A stretch of DNA of 64,000 nucleotides from Oscillospiraceae bacterium (GTDB lineage: Bacteria > Bacillota > Clostridia > Oscillospirales > Oscillospiraceae): assembly GCA_022793685.1 (NCBI GenBank), contig JAAWDI010000027.1, positions 11,748-75,747 of the forward strand, read 5' to 3'. The notes under the pieces are model-generated. The model had not been told where the DNA came from, did no database searches, and saw only the letters and a list, made by a program, of their open reading frames with translations. Numbering within the stretch: the first letter of the stretch is position 1; each line of letters starts with the position of its first letter. The position numbers and the translations under genes are program-made. This document shows positions 39,951 through 48,430 of the stretch, in pieces.

Positions 39951-39964
39951 AGAACATACGTTCT
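39951..39964. promoter_or_regulatory. LexA (Cheo/SOS) box upstream of uvrB
   Basis: AGAACATACGTTCT is a perfect palindrome matching the Gram-positive GAAC-N4-GTTC consensus. It lies 44 nt upstream of the uvrB ATG. Confidence 0.7.
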
Positions 39965-40003
39965 ATTTCAAGTGCTTTTTACACCATTTTGCACCAAAGC
40001 GTA

Positions 40004-40729
40004 TCAGTATAATCCATCCATCATTCCGCTGTCGTACATGGAGATGGCCTCGTCGTCGCTGAACACCAGATGGTCCTTGAGATAAAGGCCCAAGCCACGA
40101 AGCTTTTCCGCCAGGAATCGGGTGGTCTGCCGGTCTGCCTCCGACGGAACAGCCACGCCGCTGGTATGGTTGTGAGCCAACAGCAGGACGGAGGCATTCT
40201 GGGCAAAAGCTGCCTCCACCACCTTGCGGGTGGTGATTTCCGCACCGTTGGCGGAACCCTCCGACAGCACCCGCACATTGAGCAGCTTATACTTGGCGTC
40301 AAGACAGGCGAGACAGACGACCTCGTTCCGTTGCCCGAAGAAGTAGGGCGCGAATAACTCCCTCGCATCTTCGGTGGAACGAATGGACTGCCCCTCCCGT
40401 TTGCGGCTTTTCAGATAACGCGCACCCACGGCAGGGAACAGCTTCAGCAGGGTCATGGTGTGCTCTCCTATGCCGGGCACTTGAAGCAGCTCCTCCTGGG
40501 GCGCGTCCAATACACCCGCCAGAGAACCAAACTGCTCTATCAGACGGTGGGCCAGCGGGTTCACATCGCCCTGCGGCACCGAATAATAGAGCAACAGCTC
40601 CAATACCCGATGCTCCGGAATGCCGTCCAGCCCCCGCTCCAGAAATTCATCTTTAACCCGTTTCCGGTGTCCATCATGTACTCCCACAAAACGACCCTCT
40701 CTCTCGGCTGTGGTTCTTTTTTGCGCCAT
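40004..40729 (-). CDS. radC: RadC-like JAB domain protein
   Basis: HhH region LELLLYYSVPQGDVNPLAHRLIEQFGSLAGVL, and JAB motif LLLAHNHTSGVAVPSEAD. ATG 40729 lies just after the pyrE stop. Confidence 0.85.
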   Translation of the reverse strand: MAQKRTTAEREGRFVGVHDGHRKRVKDEFLERGLDGIPEHRVLELLLYYSVPQGDVNPLAHRLIEQFGSLAGVLDAPQEELLQVPGIGEHTMTLLKLFPAVGARYLKSRKREGQSIRSTEDARELFAPYFFGQRNEVVCLACLDAKYKLLNVRVLSEGSANGAEITTRKVVEAAFAQNASVLLLAHNHTSGVAVPSEADRQTTRFLAEKLRGLGLYLKDHLVFSDDEAISMYDSGMMDGLY

Positions 40730-40730
40730 T

Positions 40731-41405
40731 TTACCCTTTGGCCCCGTACTGGCGCAGATAGTCCTCCATCCGCTGTCGCATGGCGTCGTCAATATACACC
40801 TTGCCGTCCACCGGCTTCTGATGCAGCGTCTCAATGATTTCATAAATCGTAACGATGGGATGAACCGCGATGCCGTGCTCCTCACGCAGTTCGTCCAGCG
40901 CGGAACGCTCGCCCGTCCCCCGCTCCATCCTGTCCACCGACACAAAGAGGTCGGAAATCTTCACATCGGCCACCTGCTTAAACAGAGCAATGGACTCCCG
41001 CACGGCGGTACCCGCCGTCACCACGTCCTCCACAATGGCCAGCACATCACCGTCCTGGGGCTTGTAGCCCACCATGCTGCCCCCTTCGCCATGGTCTTTT
41101 GCCTCCTTCCGGTTAAAGCAATAGGGCAGGTCACGGTTGTAATTGCGGTAAAGGGAGGCGGCTGCCGTCACCACCAGAGGTATCCCCTTATACGCTGGGC
41201 CGAAAAGGGCGGTCACCCCATCGGACAGGTATTCCTGCATACAGGCGGCATAGTAGTCCCCCAGCCGGGCGGCCTGCGCGCCTGTTTTGTAATTGCCTGT
41301 GTTGATAAAATATGGCGTCTTACGTCCTGATTTCGTCGTAAAATCACCAAAAGTAAGCACGCCGGAACGCACCATAAACGTAATGAAATCCTCTTTGTAT
41401 GACAT
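40731..41405 (-). CDS. pyrE: Orotate phosphoribosyltransferase
   Basis: FGDFTTKSGRKTPYFINTG..., GPAYKGIPL, and PRPP motif VLAIVEDVVTAGTA. ATG 41405 follows aagggcggg. Confidence 0.9.
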   Translation of the reverse strand: MSYKEDFITFMVRSGVLTFGDFTTKSGRKTPYFINTGNYKTGAQAARLGDYYAACMQEYLSDGVTALFGPAYKGIPLVVTAAASLYRNYNRDLPYCFNRKEAKDHGEGGSMVGYKPQDGDVLAIVEDVVTAGTAVRESIALFKQVADVKISDLFVSVDRMERGTGERSALDELREEHGIAVHPIVTIYEIIETLHQKPVDGKVYIDDAMRQRMEDYLRQYGAKG

Positions 41406-41688
41406 ATTCAATCCCGCCCTTTTCAAGTTAGTCAAAGTATTTTACCACATTCGACCCTTTCAAACAAGCAGAAGAGCGGAAATTGAGCGTTCTCTCCTCA
41501 GAAGTGGAGGCGCTATGTTTGCAGCCTTTTTTGTTGCATTTTTCACAAAACGCCCCGTTTAAGTCGGTAAACTTTTTCCTCCTTCCTATCTCAACTTTTT
41601 CTCCTTGATTGATATGATTTTATCTCGTATTTCATAATTATTTGAATATTTTAATCCGTTTTTAAATCTTTTCTCCGAAACCTCATCC

Positions 41689-41717
41689 TTGACACTTTGC
41701 ACATACCGTGTTACATT
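41689..41717 (+). promoter_or_regulatory. Candidate promoter of the sugar ABC operon
   Basis: TTGACA, 17 nt spacer, TACATT. Confidence 0.5.
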
Positions 41718-41783
41718 GGAAGTGGTTTTTTGGTAATTCGGCCTACGGCCAGTTACACATATTTGAAAAGGAGGAACCCTGAA

Positions 41784-42893
41784 ATGAAGAAGATTCTTGC
41801 ACTGCTCCTCGCTGCTGTCATGGCCTTCTCTTTGGTCGCCTGCTCCGGCGACAAAGACCCCGACCCGACTCCCACCGGAACGGAGCCGACCGGCGCCTTT
41901 GATTACAGCACCCTGAAGCTGGGCGTTGTCATGCCTGAGGCCGACCACGGCTTCACCGGCGAATCCGTCGCCCATGCCCGCGCCGAGGTCGAGGCGCAGG
42001 CCACCGAAAAGGGCTTCCAGTTCCAGATTGAAACCAAGGGCGAGGCCGCCGCGCAGATTGCCGCCATTGAGACGATGCTCTCTTGGGGCGCCAATGTCAT
42101 CGTCCTGTGGCCCACCGAGGGCGACCAGCTCCGCAGCGCCGCGCAGACCGTTGTCGAGTCCGGCGTGAAGCTCATCATCTATGACCGCCTCATCAATGAT
42201 TTCGAGGGCATGGCCGCCGAAATCATGGGCGATAACGAGACCATCGGCAACTGGATGGGCGATTACATGGTCAATTACTTCAAGGAGCAGCTTGAGGCCG
42301 GCGAAACCGTCGACTACCTGCGCTTCATCGGCGACAGCTCCACTGTTTCCGCCCAGCGCAGCAGCGGCAGCGACGCCGCTATCGCGGCTGCCGGTTACAC
42401 CGACCAGTTCAAGGCTGTCAACGGCCAGTCCGACTTCGTGACCAACTGGTCCGCCGCCACTGCTCAGGAGCAGATGGAGAACTGGCTGAACAGCGCCTCC
42501 AAGGAAGACATTGAGAGCCTCGACGTCATCATCACCCACGACGACGAGATTGTCGACGGCATCACCATCGCCCTCGACAACTATTACAGCAGCAACCCCG
42601 CCGCTCAGCTGAATGTGAAGCTGATTACCGGCGTGGGCGCCCGTCGTGAGACGCTGGCCACCTATGACGAGACCGTTGCCAACGGCATCGAGCTGGTCAC
42701 CTACTTCTTCAGCCCCTCCTTCGTGCGTGAGGCCATCCGTCTGGCTCTGGCCACCGCCGCAGGCGAGCAGTATGATGGGCAGGACATCAACGGCCAGCTG
42801 TTCCTGATTGCCTCTGAGCAGGTCGACAAGACCAACGTGGAAGAGTTCCGTCAGAGCGAGAAGTTCGCTGAGCGTTACAGCCTGTCTGAATAA
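41784..42893 (+). CDS. Sugar ABC transporter substrate-binding lipoprotein (periplasmic-binding-protein type I)
   Basis: Lipobox LVAC. KLGVVMPEADHGFTGE...IVLWPTEGDQL...KLIIYDRL is RbsB/ChvE-like. ATG 41784 follows aaaggagg. Confidence 0.85.
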   Translation: MKKILALLLAAVMAFSLVACSGDKDPDPTPTGTEPTGAFDYSTLKLGVVMPEADHGFTGESVAHARAEVEAQATEKGFQFQIETKGEAAAQIAAIETMLSWGANVIVLWPTEGDQLRSAAQTVVESGVKLIIYDRLINDFEGMAAEIMGDNETIGNWMGDYMVNYFKEQLEAGETVDYLRFIGDSSTVSAQRSSGSDAAIAAAGYTDQFKAVNGQSDFVTNWSAATAQEQMENWLNSASKEDIESLDVIITHDDEIVDGITIALDNYYSSNPAAQLNVKLITGVGARRETLATYDETVANGIELVTYFFSPSFVREAIRLALATAAGEQYDGQDINGQLFLIASEQVDKTNVEEFRQSEKFAERYSLSE

Positions 42894-42947
42894 CGCGGAG
42901 GAATCTTCCCGCTGTCTCTGGACTCTGATTGCAAACCGCACAGAAGA

Positions 42948-42982
42948 AAGGGCCAGCCGGCAATTGCTGGCTGGCCCTTTTT
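42948..42982 (+). terminator. Intra-operon hairpin/terminator after the binding-protein gene
   Basis: Hairpin aagggccagccggcaattgctggctggccc followed by ttttt. Confidence 0.6.
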
Positions 42983-43053
42983 CCAAAACAAGTCCGGCGG
43001 AGCTTCCCTGCCGGGTTTCCTGATTCAAAATCTCCGTAAAGGGAGGGACCGCT

Positions 43054-44562
43054 TTGCTACTGGAAATGAAAGGCATCGTGATGGAGTTCGGCCCCGTCCG
43101 TGCCGTAGACAACGTGGACTTTACCGTGCATCCCGGCGAAATCGTCGGTCTGCTGGGGGAAAACGGCGCAGGGAAATCCACTCTGATGAACGTGCTGGCC
43201 GGCACCTATCCGCCGGTGGGCGGAGAGATTTTCCTCGACGGAAAAAAAGTCCGCTTCAACAGCGCCAAGCAGGCCATGCAGCACGGCATCCGCTTCATCC
43301 ATCAGGAGCTGAACCTCTGCGACGACCTGAAGGTATTTGAAAACCTCTTTTTGGCTGAAGAACTGCGTACCAAATTCGGCCTGCTGGACAAAAAGGAAAT
43401 GATTCGCCGTTCCCGTGAGGCGTTCGAGCGCATGAAGGTGGACATTGACCCGGAGGCCGTGGTGGAGACCCTCCAGCCCGCTGAAAAGCAGTTGGTGGAG
43501 ATTGCCCGCGCCCTGCTGTTCAAGTGCGAGCTTATCATCATGGACGAGCCGTCCACCGCCCTTTCCACCCATGAAATCGAAAACCTGTTTGAAATCATGC
43601 GGCAGCTCCGTGAAGACGGCGTCAGCTTCATCTACATCTCCCACAAAATGCCCGAATTGTTTGAGATATGCGATAATTACTCCGTCCTCCGTGACGGCAG
43701 GCTGATTGCCAGCGGAAAATTTTCCGACACCAACGAGCACGCCATCACCGAGCTGATGCTGGGCCATCAGTTGGCCGACGACTCTTTTGCCGACAAGCAG
43801 TACCGCGGCACCGAAGAGGTTGTCCTGTCAGTCAGAAACCTGTGCGGCGCCAACTTCCGCAACGTCAGCTTTGACCTGCACAAGGGCGAAATCATCGCCA
43901 TCACCGGATTGCAGGGTTCCGGTCGCGACACACTGGCCGATGCGCTGTTCGGCGCTGTTACCTGTACCTCCGGAGAGGTACACCTCAACGGCAAGCACAT
44001 GAAAAACGGCAGCCCCATCATCCGCCACATGAAGGCGGGCATCGCCATGGTACCCCGCGCGCGGAAAGAGCGCGGCATCCTCAACACCCTTTCTATCTAT
44101 GACAATACCTCCATGGGCTTCTTGAACACCAAGTTTAAGGGCGGCCTTATTAACATCAAGGAGGAGCAAAAACGCTTTGAGCGTCAAACCAAAACCCTCA
44201 AGGTGAAAACAGATAATCCACGAAATCCCATCACCTCCCTTTCCGGCGGCAACCAGCAAAAGGTCATCCTCGGCCGCTGGCTGGAAACAGAGGCCGACGT
44301 CCTGTTGTTCGACAATCCCACACAGGGCATCGATGTGGGTACTAAATACGAAATTTATCACCTCATTCTCCGTCTGGCCGAAGCGGGCAAGGCCATCATC
44401 GTCTTCAGCGCTGAGTTCCCGGAGATACATAAGGTCGCCGACTCCTGCATGGTGCTGTACAAGGGGCAGGTGAACGCGGTTCTCAGCCGGGAGGAGATGT
44501 CGGAGAAGCTGGTGATGTACTATTCTACCGGAGCGAATTTGGAGGGAGAAAAACATGCTTAA
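43054..44562 (+). CDS. Sugar ABC transporter ATP-binding protein (duplicated ABC domains, RbsA/MglA-like)
   Basis: GENGAGKST, LQPAEKQLVEIARAL, IIMDEP, and a second half LSGGNQQKV...LLFDNPTQGIDV. TTG 43054 follows agggaggg. Confidence 0.9.
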   Translation: MLLEMKGIVMEFGPVRAVDNVDFTVHPGEIVGLLGENGAGKSTLMNVLAGTYPPVGGEIFLDGKKVRFNSAKQAMQHGIRFIHQELNLCDDLKVFENLFLAEELRTKFGLLDKKEMIRRSREAFERMKVDIDPEAVVETLQPAEKQLVEIARALLFKCELIIMDEPSTALSTHEIENLFEIMRQLREDGVSFIYISHKMPELFEICDNYSVLRDGRLIASGKFSDTNEHAITELMLGHQLADDSFADKQYRGTEEVVLSVRNLCGANFRNVSFDLHKGEIIAITGLQGSGRDTLADALFGAVTCTSGEVHLNGKHMKNGSPIIRHMKAGIAMVPRARKERGILNTLSIYDNTSMGFLNTKFKGGLINIKEEQKRFERQTKTLKVKTDNPRNPITSLSGGNQQKVILGRWLETEADVLLFDNPTQGIDVGTKYEIYHLILRLAEAGKAIIVFSAEFPEIHKVADSCMVLYKGQVNAVLSREEMSEKLVMYYSTGANLEGEKHA

Positions 44563-45550
44563 AGACCTGACGCCGAAAACGGCGGCAAAGAAGCTGGTTT
44601 CAGAGTACAGCTGCTGGCTGTCTTTTATCCTGCTTTTGATTCTCGCCTTGATTGTCAACCATAATTTCCTGCGCTGGACGAATGTTTCCAATATCTTCGT
44701 TCAAAGCTCTATCACCGGCCTTATCGCGCTGGGCATGAGCATGGTCATCTCCACCGGCCTCATTGATATTTCCGTGGGCGCGCAGGTCGCCATCATCTCC
44801 GGTTTGGGCATTGAAGTGCTGAATAAGACCAACAGCATCCTCATCATGCTCCTGTTCTGCCTTGCTTTCGGCTTAGTTATCGGTCTTATCAACGGTCTGC
44901 TTATCGCCAAGGGGCGTATGCCCGCCATGATTGCCACCCTCGCCGTCCAAAGCGCCTGCCGTTCCATTATCAACCAGTTGGGACAGGGCGGGCCGTTCAG
45001 CGTCAACAGCGAAAATTACGACGCATTCCGTAAAATCGCCGCGGGCGGTATTCAGCTCGGCTCCTTCAAGATACCGTTCCTGATGATTATTTTCATTGTG
45101 GCCTCCATTCTCTTCCATATCATCATGACCCGCACCCGCTTGGGTAAGCATATTTACGCCGTCGGCAGCAATGAAACCTCCGCCCGCCTTGCCGGCATCA
45201 ACGTAGACCGGGTGAAAATTGCGGTCTTTGTCATCACCGGATTTATGTGCGGACTTACCTCCTTCCTGTACTCCTCCCGCGTCATGTCCGTGGCGGCGGC
45301 CTCCACCGGCAACCTCTATGAGATGGACGCTATCGCGGCAGTCGCCATCGGCGGCACCTCCATGAATGGCGGCAAGGGTAAAATCATCGGCACCTTCCTT
45401 GGCGTGCTGATGTTCAAGATGATAAACAACATGCTGACCATGGCTAACGTCCCCACCTTCCTCAACGGCGCCATCAGCGGCGCTATCATCATCATCGCCG
45501 TGCTGCTGCAAAACTATCAGGCCATCCGCAACAACGGCAAGCTGGGCTGA
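44555..45550 (+). CDS. Sugar ABC transporter permease (RbsC/BPD_transp_2 type)
   Basis: GLIDISVGAQVA, GRMPAMIATLA, YAVGSNETSARLAGINV, and IGGTSMNGGKG. Confidence 0.9.
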   Translation: MLKDLTPKTAAKKLVSEYSCWLSFILLLILALIVNHNFLRWTNVSNIFVQSSITGLIALGMSMVISTGLIDISVGAQVAIISGLGIEVLNKTNSILIMLLFCLAFGLVIGLINGLLIAKGRMPAMIATLAVQSACRSIINQLGQGGPFSVNSENYDAFRKIAAGGIQLGSFKIPFLMIIFIVASILFHIIMTRTRLGKHIYAVGSNETSARLAGINVDRVKIAVFVITGFMCGLTSFLYSSRVMSVAAASTGNLYEMDAIAAVAIGGTSMNGGKGKIIGTFLGVLMFKMINNMLTMANVPTFLNGAISGAIIIIAVLLQNYQAIRNNGKLG

Positions 45551-45576
45551 ATAGCCATTAGAAAGGACGGTTTCCC

Positions 45577-46620
45577 ATGCTTAAAATCGGCATCATCGGC
45601 TGCGGCAAAATCACGGAAGTCCGCCACGCCCCTGAATACAGTGAAAATCCCAACTGCGAAATCACCGCGCTGTTCGACTTCATTCCGGAGCGCGCCCAGA
45701 AAATCGCGGACCAGTACGGCGGCAAGGTATACGACTCCATCGAGGCTCTGCTGGCCTCCGACGTGGACGCCGTTTCCGTCTGTGTGGCCAACAACGCCCA
45801 CGCCGCCGTATCCATTCAGGCTCTGAAGGCTGGCAAGCACGTCCTCTGCGAAAAGCCCATGGCCACCACGGCAGAGGACTGCCGCGCCATGGTGGAGGCC
45901 GCCGAACAGGCAGGCAAGTATCTGATGATTGGCCTGAACCAGCGTCTTGCCAAGGCCCATGCCAAGGCAAAGGAGCTGCTGGAGGCCGGTGAGATTGGCC
46001 GCCTTATCTGCTTTGAGACCAACTTCTGCCATCCCGGCCCGGAGGGCTGGACGGGACAACGCAACTCGTGGTTCTTTGATAAAAAGACCGCCGCGTTCGG
46101 CGCTATGGCCGACCTTGGTGTACACAAGACCGATATGGTGCACTATATTACCGGCTTAAAGGTAAAAAGCGTCCTCGCTAATGTCACCACGTTGGATAAG
46201 ACCTTCCCGGACGGCAGCCCCATCACCGTGGACGACAACGCCTTCTGCATCTATGAGATGGAAAACGGCGTTATCGGCACCATGCATGTGGGCTGGACGA
46301 ATTACGGCGAGGAGGACAACTCCACCATTCTCTCCGGCACGCTGGGTAAAATGCGCCTGTATGACGACCCCCGTTGCTCCCTCATTCTCGAAAAGCGGGA
46401 CGGCACCAAGGTGTTTTACGAGCTTGACCAGCTCACCTCCAACAAGGAGCAGACCTCCGGCGGACGTACCTCCACCGGCGTCATCGACGCTTTTGTGGAA
46501 AGCATCATGGAGGACAAGGAGCCTGTCGCCAGCGGCAGGAGCGCCATGCACGCCATGATGGTCATCTTCGCGGCGGAGAAATCCTCCGAAAAGAAGGCCG
46601 CCGTAGACGTTGAACAGTAA
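45577..46620 (+). CDS. Gfo/Idh/MocA family NAD(P)-dependent oxidoreductase
   Basis: MLKIGIIGCGKITEVRHAPEY (Rossmann fold) and KHVLCEKPMA (EKP motif). Confidence 0.9.
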   Translation: MLKIGIIGCGKITEVRHAPEYSENPNCEITALFDFIPERAQKIADQYGGKVYDSIEALLASDVDAVSVCVANNAHAAVSIQALKAGKHVLCEKPMATTAEDCRAMVEAAEQAGKYLMIGLNQRLAKAHAKAKELLEAGEIGRLICFETNFCHPGPEGWTGQRNSWFFDKKTAAFGAMADLGVHKTDMVHYITGLKVKSVLANVTTLDKTFPDGSPITVDDNAFCIYEMENGVIGTMHVGWTNYGEEDNSTILSGTLGKMRLYDDPRCSLILEKRDGTKVFYELDQLTSNKEQTSGGRTSTGVIDAFVESIMEDKEPVASGRSAMHAMMVIFAAEKSSEKKAAVDVEQ

Positions 46621-46632
46621 GGAGGCATCACA

Positions 46633-47622
46633 ATGAAACGCCCCATTACCATCTGTTCCGGTCAGTTCGGCGACCTGCCGCTGGAGGAATTATGTAAACA
46701 AATGAGTACCATCGGCTATGACGGTCTTGAGCTGGCCTGCCAGTCCCACATTGATGTTCGCAAGGCGCTCTCCGACGACCAGTATGTGGCCGACTTGAAA
46801 GGCACGCTTGCCAAGTACAACCTCGGTCTGTGGGCCATCGGCGGCCACCTCATCGGCCAGTGCGTGGGTGACAACTGGGACCCCCGTCTGGACAACTTTG
46901 CCCCAGCCCGTTTTTCCGGCAAACCGGACGAGATTCGGGCGTGGGCCATTGACGAGATGAAGTGCATCGCCCGTGCGGCTCAAAGGCTGGGGGTGGGTAT
47001 CGTCACCTGCTTCCTTGGCTCCCCCATCTGGGCCTATTGGTACTCCTTCCCCCAAACGCCACCCGAAATGGTGGAGGAGGGCTTTCAGCGTATCAAAGAA
47101 CTGTGGAGTCCTATTTTTGACGTGTTCGATGAATGCGGCGTCAAGTTCGCCTTGGAGGTGCACCCCACCGAAATTGCCTTTGACTATTACAGCACCCTCA
47201 AGCTGATGGAGACCTTTGAGTGGCGGGAAACGCTTGGTCTGAATTTCGACCCCTCCCATCTGGTGTGGCAGGGCGTCGACCCCTGCGTGTTCCTGCGGGA
47301 TTTCCAGAAACGCATCTACCACGTCCACATGAAGGACGTGAAGGTGAAGCTGGACGGCCGTGCCGGTATTCTGGGCAGCCATATTGAATTTGGCGATACC
47401 CGCCGGGGCTGGAATTTCGTCTCCCTCGGCCACGGCAGCGTGGACTTCGACGGCATCATCCGCGAGCTGAACCAGATGGGCTACCACGGCCCCCTGTCGG
47501 TGGAATGGGAGGACAGCGGTATGGAACGCATCTTCGGCGCCACCGAAGCCTTTGAGTTCACCAAGAAAATCAACTTTGAGCCGTCCGATGTCAGCTTTGA
47601 CGCCGCCCTCAAAGTGGACTGA
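46633..47622 (+). CDS. Sugar phosphate isomerase/epimerase (xylose-isomerase-like TIM barrel)
   Basis: GYDGLELA, FALEVHPTEIAF, NFDPSHLVWQG, YHVHMKD, and SVEWED are typical AP_endonuc_2 metal ligands. Confidence 0.85.
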   Translation: MKRPITICSGQFGDLPLEELCKQMSTIGYDGLELACQSHIDVRKALSDDQYVADLKGTLAKYNLGLWAIGGHLIGQCVGDNWDPRLDNFAPARFSGKPDEIRAWAIDEMKCIARAAQRLGVGIVTCFLGSPIWAYWYSFPQTPPEMVEEGFQRIKELWSPIFDVFDECGVKFALEVHPTEIAFDYYSTLKLMETFEWRETLGLNFDPSHLVWQGVDPCVFLRDFQKRIYHVHMKDVKVKLDGRAGILGSHIEFGDTRRGWNFVSLGHGSVDFDGIIRELNQMGYHGPLSVEWEDSGMERIFGATEAFEFTKKINFEPSDVSFDAALKVD

Positions 47623-47630
47623 ATTGAAAA

Positions 47631-47667
47631 AAAGCCTCTCCGGGAACGCCGTTCCAGGAGAGGCTTT
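47631..47667 (+). terminator. Rho-independent terminator
   Basis: Hairpin aaagcctctccgggaacgccgttccaggagaggcttt followed by ctt. Confidence 0.7.
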
Positions 47668-47733
47668 CTTAAATCCGCAATAATTACACCACTTATGATA
47701 GCGACCTCAAATCAACACAAAGGAGCCCAACAG

Positions 47734-48382
47734 ATGGGACAAAAAGAAATCATGCATCTATTGGATACCCTATATGAAAAATCAATCCAGGGCATCCCTA
47801 AAGTCAGCCCACCTATTCAGGTGTTGGCAAACGACTACTTAAGTCGAAACAGCACAGATGTTGCGGCACAGATGTTCATTCGCAATCAAATTGCAAAGTG
47901 TACCACCTCTGGTTTCTTAACCGGTTTGGGCGGCCTTATCACATTGCCGGTCGCCATCCCCGCAAATATAAGCAGCGTGATGTATATCCAGATGCGTATG
48001 ATTGCCTGTCTCGCGTATATGGGTAAATACGACATTGCCAGCGACCAAGTACAGACCCTCGTATATGTATGTCTGGCCAGGCTATCCATTGACTAGGTCT
48101 TGAAAAATATCGGAATACAGATAGGCAGCAAGGTCACCATGGCAGCCATCAAAAAGTTGCCTGGGTCTGTACTTACCAAAATTAATCAGAAAATCGGCTT
48201 TCGCCTGCTGACAAAGTTCGGTACAAAAGGGGGTCGTCAATTTAGGAAAAGCCGTCCCCATTGTCGGAGGTATCATCGGCGGCGCTTTCGACCTTTCGGA
48301 AACAAAAGTCATCGCCAGGCGAGCATACAAGATGTTCATAGACGGCGACCTCAGTATGCCCTCTGATGCAGACGAGAATTAA
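47734..48382 (+). pseudogene. EcsC family gene with one in-frame TAG and one +1 frameshift
   Basis: MGQKEIMHLLDTLYEKS...TSGFLTGLGGLITLPVAIPANISS... is EcsC-like. There is a TAG at 48094-96. The frame is lost in the G5 run 48229-33, and the conserved tail VVNLGKAVPIVGGIIGGAFDLSETKVIARRAYKMFI continues in the next frame to TAA 48380-82. The region is low-GC. Confidence 0.7.
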
Positions 48383-48386
48383 CACA

Positions 48387-48421
48387 AAAGGCCCAGAGGC
48401 TGCCTGCCTCTGGGCCTTTTG
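48387..48421. terminator. Bidirectional rho-independent terminator
   Basis: Hairpin aaaaggcccagaggctgcctgcctctgggcctttt between convergent genes. Confidence 0.8.
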
Positions 48422-48430
48422 TTCTTCTTG

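Noticed and set aside
36963-40012. Plus-strand ORFs 36963..38492 (509 aa) and 37856..40012 (718 aa)
   Set aside because: They are antisense to the M28 peptidase and uvrB, whose identities are unambiguous.
41515-41562. SD-preceded 15-codon Phe-rich mini-ORF MFAAFFVAFFTKRPV, reminiscent of a pheL-type leader peptide
   Set aside because: No aromatic amino-acid biosynthesis or tRNA-synthetase gene lies downstream. No alternative terminator/antiterminator structure follows. The next operon has its own promoter about 130 bp further on. Most likely this is a chance ORF in an AT-rich spacer.
41586-43205. 539-aa minus-strand ORF
   Set aside because: It is antisense to the sugar-binding lipoprotein gene and spans the promoter and intergenic region.
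48094-48096. In-frame TAG in the EcsC-like gene as a possible pyrrolysine or read-through codon
   Set aside because: No pyl genes or PYLIS-like context are present. The same gene also carries a frameshift, so pseudogenisation or sequencing error is the simpler explanation.
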